A DNA stretch of 64,000 bases. Origin: Eledone cirrhosa. Its lineage: Eukaryota. Made by a program: the position numbers and the translations under genes. Every line of letters begins with the position of its first letter. Positions within the stretch are counted from its first letter, which is position 1. Where the stretch lies: assembly GCA_964016885.1 (NCBI GenBank), contig OZ024746.1, positions 17,298,001 to 17,362,000 of the forward strand, read 5' to 3'. The notes below the pieces were generated by a model that worked only from the letters and a program-made list of their open reading frames with translations, made no database searches and was not told the DNA's origin. This document shows, one piece after another, positions 54,640 through 64,000 of this stretch.

Positions 54640-55965
54640 TAATAATAATAATAATAATAATGAAATTATTGTGTATAGTGCTCAGGTGCACTACAACTCA
54701 TCAAAGGTGCATGTATAGTACATAGAATAATGTACAAATGTCAGGAAAATGAACAGTGTATGAGTCATGATATAATAATAATAACAATAATGAAATATTG
54801 TGTACAGTGCCCAGGTGCACCACAACTCATAAAAAAAAGTGCATGTACAGTACATAGGGCAATGCACAAACATCCGTAAAATGAACAGTGCACGAGTCAT
54901 GATACACACATGTGTGCATGTGTATGGAAGGGGTACATCAGGTGTAGTTTTGGCGTATTTCGGGAAGCATGAGTGTCTTAAAGGATGCAGTGTCTCGGCA
55001 GCTAACAACTGACGCAGGCAGTTTGTTCCATGCTTCAGCAACTCTGAGCGTGAAAAAATGTCTACAAAAGTCATGGGAGCTGTGCTGTTTTCTGATCTTG
55101 TAGGCATGTCCACGTGTGTTAGACACATGGAGATCAAAGAGGCGCTCAGGGTTGCAATTGGCGAGATGGTTAAAAACTTTGTGGGTATTCACCAAGTCCA
55201 TTGCCAGACGTCGGAGCTTCAATGAATCCATGCCCACGGAAGCAAGGCGTTCAGAGTATGGTAGGTGTCTGATCGAGGGTATGCGCTTGGTTGCACGTCT
55301 CTGAACAGTTTCCAGGAGGTCAATGTTCTGAGCAAGATAGGGGTTCCAGACTGATGATGCGAATTCCAAGTGTGGTCGCACCATAGCTGTATACAGTTTT
55401 AAATAGATGGCTGGAGAGCGGCTAACAAAGGTCTTGCTGAGTGATGCCAAGACACCCTCGGCCTTCTTGACAATCTTAGAGACATGCTTTGTCCAACGCA
55501 AATCGTTGCTGACAGTAATGCCCAGGTCATGTTCACAAGAGGACTTTTTGATATCAGTGTTGTGGAGGGAGTATGTGGACGCTGGATTTTTCCTTCCAAA
55601 ATGCATGGTGGTACACTTGTCCACAGCCAGCTTCAGTTGCCAGTCTGTGATCCATTGCTGCATTGTGTCCAGGTCTGATTGTAGGAAAGAGTTGTAAATT
55701 TCAGGATCAGTCCTTTTAATTTCAAGGTACAGCTTGGTGTCATCTGCATATTTCAGTACCGTGGCATTCTGTAAGTTGGCATCTATGTCATTAATATATG
55801 CCACAAACAAAAGAGGACCAAGAACAGATCCCTGTGGTACACCAGATGACATCTCATATGGTGAAGAATGCTGTCCTAGAACCGTGACTACTTCTTTTCG
55901 GCTGAAGGATTTCAACCAGTCGAAAAGATCATCCCTCACACCCATTGCAGAGAGTTTTACCATAA
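54640..55965 (-). mobile_element. CR1-like LINE, 5'-truncated; RT C-terminal half intact (54938-55963); duplicated 3' tail (54640-54772)
   Basis: SGVPQGSVLGPLLFVAYIND, YADDTKLY, VRPHLEFASSVWNP, RVAEAWNKLP; (ATT)n tails. Confidence 0.93.
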
Positions 55966-56750
55966 GTCTCTGGGTGATTGAAATCTAGAAAACAAATACA
56001 CCTTCCACAACACCTTTTGTTTTAAAGCTATGAATATTATCTAAATTTACCTGCAGTATTTAAAATATTGGTCCCACAAGAAGTGTATATGGGTGTGTGT
56101 GATCACGGGAAGAAAACATTTCAAATAGATTATAACATATTTACTAAAAAAAATATAAGATTTTAATTAAACATAGAAGACACCGGTCTCAGAAGCAGCT
56201 AACTGAAATATAAATACATTTCCAGAATGATCTCAAAATATTTTTCAATAAACTTAAAATTAAGATTTAACTGACACCATTTACACTATTTCCAAAATTT
56301 TCCACAAAAAAAATAAAACCAAAATGAAATACATCCAGTCACTGAGACATGATTAAAATAAAGGGTTGCATTAGATACAGCTCATTTTTCATTGAGGATA
56401 GCAGTCATGGCTGTGACAAACCCCCTCTCACGAGGTTGGCAATGTGTATTGTTATAACAACCTTAAGTCTGAACTGACATCATCTTGGGTGTTATATGTA
56501 CATATATACATGTAAATAACTATGAATGTATATGTGTATATATGTATATGCATGTGTATATGTATATGCATGTGTATATATGTATATGCATGTATTTGTG
56601 TATATATGTATGTATATTATATATATGTATATATATGATGTGTGATGTATGCATATTTGTGTGTATATTTGTGAATGTATATATAAATATGTATATGTGT
56701 GTATGTATACGTATGTATTTATATCTATATCTATATATATATGTATATAT

Positions 56751-57207
56751 GATATATTAACAAATGGAAACTATATTTATAAAACCATATTTATTTCATT
56801 ATACATATTTCAAGGACACCAAGTTAAATTATGGTGTGCTTTCATCGGATAAAATATAATATAGATCAGTTTTATAAATAAATATTGACATATCCTTAAA
56901 GAATGCGACCATTTCTGTTGGAAGCTCCCGGATAGTGGGGTTATAAATTTATTTATAAATGGTCGCATTCTTTAAGGGTATGTCAATATTTATTTATAAA
57001 ACTGATCTATATTATATTTTATCTGATGAAAGCACACCATAATTTAACTTGGTGTCCTTGAAATATGTATAATGAAATAAATATGGTTTTATAAATATAG
57101 TTTCCATTTGTTAATATATCGTATTTTTACTCCAATAATTTGTTGATTGGTTTATATCAGTTATAAAAATATTTGCTTGTTGTATCCCAACAATTTAAAT
57201 AGAACTT
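56751..57207 (+). mobile_element. Family H2 element arranged as a 164-bp inverted repeat (56751-56914 / 56957-57120) plus extension
   Basis: Arms are reverse complements with 2 differences found; homologous to 27352-27612. Confidence 0.85.
57015..57079 (+). ncRNA. Type I hammerhead ribozyme motif (family H2)
   Basis: TATTTTAT-CTGATGA-AAGCACACCA-taatttaact-TGGTGTCCTT-GAA-ATATGTAT-A-ATGAAATA: 8-bp stem I (one G.U), long stem II, near-palindromic stem III. Confidence 0.7.
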
Positions 57208-57242
57208 CTACATATATGTATATATGTGTATTTCTTTCTTAG

Positions 57243-57368
57243 ACAATTTCTCATTATGAACGAATCTGTCAGCTGCTGGAACAAGAACGTGATTACTTCA
57301 AATCCGAATATGAACAACTGAAAGCCATCAGGAGATCCAATAGTCCCAAACGTCTTCCATCTAACAAA
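57243..57368 (+). CDS. CEP135: CEP135 coding exon 9
   Basis: ttcttag|TISHYERICQLLEQERDYFKSEYEQLKAIRRSNSPKRLPSNK|gtaagc. Confidence 0.88.
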
Positions 57369-58489
57369 GTAAGCTTCCATTTTAGTCTTGTCTGTCTTTC
57401 AGGGGAGATAATTGATGTGGTTCACACTTATGTACCAAAGAAGGGACTGTCGTACCAATCTCTGAATGGTGCATGGGTGGGGTGATGGTGGGGGTGTTGG
57501 GTTGATGTCTTATCAAACAGTGAAATAGTTCTGTGTGGGTGTAGACTTAATTGGTTGCATGGTTTAACACCTGCCCCACCCCCTACTGATCATTTCGTGT
57601 ATTTAACAGAATCCACTTTGCTGCAAAAATTCAGACAAGGGGTCTGGTTTGAAGAGACAATAGTCTCTCCTCCATACAACAGTCGTGGAAACACCATAAA
57701 AAGCCATAGCCACTACCCCTCCCTTTCATCAGTCACGGAGTCCTTGTAAAAGACAATGCCCCTCTCTTTCACCAGTCAATAAGACCCCATAAAGGGCCAT
57801 ATACACTGCTTCTCCCTCTTGTCAGTCTTGGTGAGTCTTGAAAGGGCCATAAACACTGCTTCTCCTTCCCATCAGTCTTGGGAGCCCTGAAAAGTGTTGC
57901 CAACATTGCCCCCTCCTCCCCACCAATCTTAGAGGCCCCTTCCATGTTTTACCTCTTCTACAATCACCCAAGAGCTAGTTTGTATTTCTGTACAACAACA
58001 TGACATTAACAGTTTTCTAATAGTGTCTCTAGGCCCTGTACTTCTGTAATGATGGTACAGCAAAACAAATGATAACATGGTGAAGTGGGAAAGTTGTTAG
58101 AGTGTCAAAACTAATGATTTGGGGTATTTCTCTTAACTCTCTGTGCTCTGAGTTCAAATCCTGCCAAGGCCAACTTTGCTTTTTATCTTCTTGAGGTTGA
58201 TAAATAAAATAACAGTCCAGTACTGAGTTCAATTCTTCTCACAGAAATCATCTGCTTTCAGACATGAAGCGGAGTATGCTCCACCAAGTTTTAATGTCCA
58301 TTATGGCATCCCTACCAGATGGTTAGGATTTCGGGACCCATAGATGGATGGTAAAATAGATTATGATACCCAACCCCTAAAGTTGTTCACATTTGTGTGT
58401 GCGTGTGTATGACAGCTCACACCTATGCAAGTTTAGCTGGCCTCCTCCAAGGTATATCTCGTTGGAGGTGCCTTGGGTGATTTAATGAT

Positions 58490-58652
58490 AGGGACCCCAG
58501 TCCTATCATCTGATTTCTACAACTGAATAAACTGGAGCAACGTGAAATTAAGTCTCTTGCTCAAGGAAACAACACATCACCCGGTCCGAGAATTGAACTT
58601 ACAACCTTTCGATTGCAAGCCCAATGCTCTAACCACTAAGTCATGTGCCTTC
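58490..58652 (-). mobile_element. SINE family B, 5' half
   Basis: Reverse complement of ~17666-17826. Confidence 0.85.
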
Positions 58653-58705
58653 ACATTTACAGTTCTAACATTACTGATAACTTCCTGTCTTATATTTTTC
58701 CTTAG

Positions 58706-58801
58706 AATCATAGTTTTAATGATGAAGAATTACAGAAAACTAGAGAAGAAAGAGACAAGATGAAGGAAATGCTGGAGAAATTTGAACGCCATTTAAATGA
58801 G
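58706..58801 (+). CDS. CEP135: CEP135 coding exon 10
   Basis: ccttag|NHSFNDEELQKTREERDKMKEMLEKFERHLNE|gtgaga. Confidence 0.9.
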
Positions 58802-58924
58802 GTGAGATTTTGGAGAGGTTTATTTATTTTGGCCCTTCATAGGGTCTCAGAAAGAATTACAGTTGAATAAAATTGTCAGGTTGTAATGGATTTATTACCA
58901 TCAGCCTCTATCTTGGATTGCAGA

Positions 58925-59240
58925 AGATGTTGATAATAGAGACTGTGGTGGATGCTGTAAAGAGAAATGGAATGAGATGGCTGGGCCATGTGTTGAGGAA
59001 GGATGAAAGTGACCAAATGAGAAGAATAGAGCCAGTGATGGATGTTGTGCAATGAAATAGAATGAGATGGTTGGGTCATGTATTGAGGAAGGATGGAAGT
59101 AACTAGGTAAGAGGAATAGAGTCAGTGATGAATGTTGTGAAGAGGAATGAGATGGTTGGGTCATGTGTTGTGGAAGTGTGAAAGTGACTGGATGATGGCA
59201 ATAAAGCCAGTGATGGATGTTGTAAAAAGAAATGGAATGT
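58925..59240 (+). repeat. ~90-bp RTE-derived unit in ~3 tandem copies; inverted relative at ~46430-46630
   Basis: Unit translates as MRWLGHVLRKDE, like the RTE LRWYGHV motif. Confidence 0.7.
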
Positions 59241-59286
59241 GTTGTTGTTATTACTATTACTACAAACATTTCTGAATTTGTTGTAG

Positions 59287-59349
59287 GTCCGTGCCAATGT
59301 AAAAGTGCTAACCAAAGAGCGTGACAATTTCAAAGACATGTATGATGGA
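59287..59349 (+). CDS. CEP135: CEP135 coding exon 11
   Basis: ttgtag|VRANVKVLTKERDNFKDMYDG|gtaagt. Confidence 0.9.
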
Positions 59350-60300
59350 GTAAGTTCTTGGAATTACACTTCTGGCTTTTGGTGTTTGGATGATATCTTA
59401 GAGATTGTTACATAAAATTATGATGGAAGGTCTTTAACCTTTAAACATTTTAACTGGCTGCATCCAGTCTGAATTCTCTCAACTCTTTCTATTCAAACCA
59501 GCTGTAACTGGTCACTCATACTGATGTTACGGTATTGCTCTCAAAATAAATAATATCAAAATCTCATAGATTCAATATTATGTGAGGTAAAGCTTTTACC
59601 ATGAAAATACAATAGTATATATAGAGTAATGTAAATACTAAAGAGTTAAATGAATTTATTACCATATTTCTAATGAATGACATTGTCTGTAATTTTCAAA
59701 TAATTTTCTAAATATTCAAGAATTTGGAAGAATTTAGTAATACAATTAACTTCTATATTATTAAGTTGGTGTTTAGGACATGACAAAATTTTTTCTATAG
59801 ATTTAGTAATATAATTTTTTTCATTATTTATATGGTGTTTGGAACATAACTTAACAAAGGTTCTTGCATAAAATTTTGATGGAAGGGTTTTAGATGGATA
59901 TATAAACACTTTAAAACAAACAGTTTTATATTGTACAACAAGGGGAAGTTTGGTGTCAGAAGAGTTAAACAACAACAAAATTATCTTTTATAGATTTTTC
60001 CCAATTTTATAGTCAAATGCCCTTCTTGGCACTGACCCTTTCCATTACCTCTTACATATCTGTGTGTGTTGTAAAAGGTGACTAAAGGGCATCCAGCCAT
60101 AAAACATTGCCTCAAAAAGGATCCTATATTGAGGGTGAACCCTATCATGCAGCCTATATGACTAACCTCTGATTTAGGAAGGAAAATGGCTTTAAAACGC
60201 TGGTTTTATATTTTCTGTGTTTCTTCGGTTCCTAGTTTTACAGAAATATTGAAGTATTTCTCTGTAATTATTTACCATTGCTCACCATTTCATATTAAAG

Positions 60301-60474
60301 GCCAAGGAAGAACTCCAGAAACTCAGAAGAGAAGTCCTTCGATCTCCTAAATCACCCAAAACATCGTTAGCGGCTCAAGCTATCCTACGTCAAGTTGAGA
60401 ATGAACGAGATAATGCCTCAGCTGACCTTCATAGAATAATGACTGAGAGAGACAGTTTACAGGAAAGACTTCGG
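60301..60474 (+). CDS. CEP135: CEP135 coding exon 12
   Basis: ttaaag|AKEELQKLRRE...AQAILRQVENERDNASADLHRIMTERDSLQERLR|gtaagt. Confidence 0.92.
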
Positions 60475-60569
60475 GTAAGTCCTTACTTTGGAACAGTTCT
60501 ATGTCACATTGACAGGAAATTGTTCTTTTATCTATGCTATGATTTAATGAAAGGACAATGTGTAGCAAC

Positions 60570-60900
60570 CAAGACCCATTTTCCAGGACCTCCAAGACTG
60601 GTGAGAAGGAGTGGCAGTACCCATGACCCTTTCTAGGACTTTCAGGACAGATGGGAGGTAGGGGCAATGTTTATGATCCCTTTCAGAACTTCCAAGATGG
60701 GTGGAGGTAGTAGCAGTACCTAGACCCCTTTTTCAGAACCTCCAAGACTAATAGGAGGGAGGGGAAGCACCCATAACCCTTTCCTGGACCTCCTAAACTG
60801 ATATAAGGGAGAGGTAGTACTCGTGACCCTTTTTCAGGACCTGCAAGATTAATGTGAGGGAGGGACAATACCCATGACCGTTTCCAGGACCTCCAGGCAG
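60570..60900. repeat. Diverged ~50-bp tandem repeat (catgacccttttcaggacctccaagact...)
   Basis: ~6-7 units; relatives at ~46905-47005 (+) and ~57700-57940 (-). Confidence 0.7.
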
Positions 60901-60978
60901 AAGGGATATTATATGATAAACTTGATGCTGGTGTTGGCATCATATTTCATTGTTAGAAACCTTCCTGTTTATTTCTAG

Positions 60979-61056
60979 CTGTCGACTGATACGTCATTGA
61001 CTGAACGAGCTCATCTGGGACAGAAGGTGGAGGATCTTAGCTGTCAGTTAAGTCTT
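60979..61056 (+). CDS. CEP135: CEP135 coding exon 13
   Basis: tttctag|LSTDTSLTERAHLGQKVEDLSCQLSL|gtgagt. Confidence 0.9.
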
Positions 61057-61570
61057 GTGAGTTTCTTTATTCATACCTTTCAATACATATCATCATCATT
61101 ATCATCATCGTCATTATCATCATCACCATCATCATTGTTTTTACATCAACTTTTCCATGTTGGCATGGGTTAGACAAGAGTTTTTGAGACAGTGTTTTAC
61201 AGCCAGATACTCTTCCTGACATTAATCCTTTGTGTTTAATAAATGAATAAATATCTAGTCATATCACTACTACAACTACTACTACCATCACTGACATTAC
61301 TATTACTACTACAACTACCACCACCAACATTACTACTAATACTACTACTATCACCACAACAGACATTACTACTACTATCACCACAACAGACATTACTACT
61401 AATACTATTACTATCACCACCACCATTACAACTACTACATAGCTCTGTTATTTTTTTTTTTTTTATATAATGTCTGCCTCACCACCACCAACACCAATGG
61501 CAACAACACCACTACCACCACATCCATCACCACCAATACCCTCAACACCACCACCACCACCAATAATCAG

Positions 61571-61722
61571 AGTGAAGTTGAAAGAGATGAGTTACAGTTA
61601 CGTGTAGCCAACTTAAAAGATGATGTTCAATCTTTGGAAGAAAGAATGAAGAACCAAGCTGTACAATACCAGGAATCTCAGGAGGAATTATCTAAACAAA
61701 GAATGACTGCAACACAAATGAG
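61571..61722 (+). CDS. CEP135: CEP135 coding exon 14
   Basis: aatcag|SEVERDELQLRVANLKDDVQSLEERMK...ATQM AG|gtaaca; phase 0-2 fits both neighbours. Confidence 0.85.
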
Positions 61723-62334
61723 GTAACAATTGATGGTTCTTTAATTCATTACTATATTTCTAATCAAAGACACTGCCAATGTCATTAACCCTTTCATTAC
61801 CATATTTCTAATGAAAGACTGTTATTAACCCTTTCATTACCATACTTCTAATGAAAGACTCAGTTATTAACTCTTTCATTACCATATTTCTAATAAATGA
61901 TTCTGTTTTTCAAATAATTTTGAAAAATTCAAAAATTTGAAGTGATTTAGTATTATAACTCTCTTATTATAAATTAGTGATTGGAGCATAACCTAATAAA
62001 GATTCTTATATTAAATTATAATGAAAGGTTTTTAGATATAAAAAGTTTAACCATTTTGTTTATTTCTATTAATTTTGAAATTAACCAAGAATTTTGAGAG
62101 ATATAATAGCATAACTTAACTAAACGTTTCACAATTAATTTGGTGTTTGGAACATAACTTAACAAAAGTTCTTACATAAAATTATGATGGAAGATTTAAA
62201 ATAAATTATGATGGAACACTTTAAAATAATCAGTATAGTATCATGGAACCAGGAGTGGTTTTATGTGATTTGGTATCAAAATGGTTTGTTGTGTTCTGTA
62301 TAACTATTTTGTATAAATATTATTTCATTTAAAG

Positions 62335-62605
62335 ACTTTTGGCTGAGGAGGCTGAACGTTCCTTGTCTGAAATCCAACGTCGTCTAAATAATCGTGAAGA
62401 CGACATTCGCAATCAAATACAGAAAGTAAATCATTTAGAAGAGCAACTGCAGGAATATGAAAAAATTTCACACCAGAATCGCAATGAAATTAACCAACTT
62501 CAGTCAACAATTAATGCCATGGATAGAGAGAAAGACTCCTTACAGATGACTGTTGATGAAAAGACTGAACGTTTGGCTTCTTTTAGAGAAGAACTTCTCA
62601 AGAAG
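62335..62605 (+). CDS. CEP135: CEP135 coding exon 15
   Basis: ttaaag|RLLAEEAERSLSEIQRRL...MDREKDSLQMTVDEKTERLA...LLKK|gtcagt; phase 2-0. Confidence 0.92.
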
Positions 62606-63323
62606 GTCAGTTGTTCTTTATATTTATGTGGTTGTGTTCTTTATATAAATATCTGTAGAAGAAATTTTTATGAAGGTCACTTGTCCTGTATATTTATGTG
62701 GATGTGTTCTTTATATAAATATATAGAGAAAAAATAAACTATCAATGTTGTATGTGTATCACAACAAAAAGCACCCAGTCCACCCGGTAAAGAGGTTGTC
62801 TTGGTGCTATGACAAAAGTACCCAGTCTGGTGTCACAAATAAGCATCCAGTCCACTCTGTAAGGTGGCTAGCATTAGGAAGAGCATCCAACCATAGAAAC
62901 CATACCAGAAGATATGGTATAACTATTTTAGAATAGTTATACCATATCTTCTGCACTTGTAATAAGTACGAACCCTTTCTTAAACAGTTGATATTGCTGT
63001 TACTCTTTATCTCCTCCATTTTGAAGCATGAGAGTGGTTGTCATTTCTTTGGCACCTGAACAATTTGTTTCTCATAGTTTCTATTGTTTGGATGTGAGAT
63101 TGTCATATCTTTGACACAATTGAACAGTCTTCTCTACTTGATGTTGTTACTGTTCAAATGCCAAGTACTTTACAGAGTGTACCAGGTGTATTTTATAATG
63201 ACACCCACACTAGAGTGGTGACCTCATTGCAAGCCAAATATGATTGAGAGTTGGAATAGAAGTAGAGTGGTCGTTATCTTTGTTATAAATATTTTCACTG
63301 TTTCTTTCATTCTTCTATTTCAG

Positions 63324-63379
63324 GATAGAAATATAAGTGACTTTAAAGTACAAGTCAGTCAGTTGGAATCTCAACTTGA
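63324..63379 (+). CDS. CEP135: CEP135 coding exon 16 (gene continues beyond window)
   Basis: atttcag|DRNISDFKVQVSQLESQL GA|gtaagt. Confidence 0.85.
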
Positions 63380-63424
63380 GTAAGTATATTGTTTACACTT
63401 CGAATTTATACATACATCGTAGTA

Positions 63425-63790
63425 TATCATATCACATATTTCACACCTTTCTACTATCATATCACATATTTCACAACTTCCTACTGTCATATCACATATT
63501 TCACAACTTCCTACTATCATATCACATATTTCACACCTTCCTACTCTCATATCACATATTTCACAACTTCCTACTCTCATATCACATATTTCACATCTTC
63601 CTACTATTATCATCCTCATCGTTTTTACATCCGCTTTTCCAAGCTTGCATGTTTTTTTTTTGTTTTTTGTTTGATGAAGACATATCACATATTTCACACC
63701 TACTATCATATCACATATTTCACACCTACCTACTGTCACATCTCATATTTCATACCCACCTACTATAACATCATATATTTTACACCAGAA
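63425..63790. repeat. 30-bp minisatellite (atcatatcacatatttcacaccttcctact), interrupted by a short RTE/SINE-type tail at ~63608-63655
   Basis: Direct reading. Confidence 0.88.
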
Positions 63791-63835
63791 GACATGTAGC
63801 TTAGTGGTAAGGGTGTTGGACTTACAATCATAATG

Positions 63836-64000
63836 TCAGCTAAGATGTAGGACTGTTAGCTAAGATGTAGGGACGTTAGCTAAGATGTAGGACTGTTACC
63901 TAAGATGTAGGGACGTTAGCTAAGATGTAGGACTGTTAACTAAGATGTAGGACTGTTAGCTAAGATGTAGGACTGTTAGCTAAGATGTAGGACTGTTAGC
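63836..64000. repeat. 20-bp minisatellite (taagatgtaggactgttagc), truncated by window edge
   Basis: Exact 20-bp period. Confidence 0.95.

Overview
AT-rich, microsatellite-dense animal genomic DNA, most likely an octopus or other coleoid cephalopod (inferred from the SINE/LINE families; not provable from the sequence alone). It holds the 5' part of a multi-exon CEP135-like centriolar gene on the + strand: 16 coding exons traced by hand from 15319 to 63379, all GT-AG and phase-consistent, running off the right edge. A complete, intron-free RAD54 (RAD54L-type SNF2 helicase) gene lies antisense inside one CEP135 intron (49718-51937, -), with DRE- and E2F-like motifs upstream. The rest is mostly repeats: two tRNA-derived SINE families, RTE and CR1-like LINE fragments, mariner remnants, MITEs and many minisatellites. 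The least obvious signal is a set of minimal type I hammerhead ribozyme motifs in the CEP135 introns. They belong to at least three unrelated small-element families (Penelope-like pLTR type), show compensatory stem changes between copies, and mostly sit in or between long inverted repeats. Most long ORFs in the supplied track are tandem-repeat artefacts.
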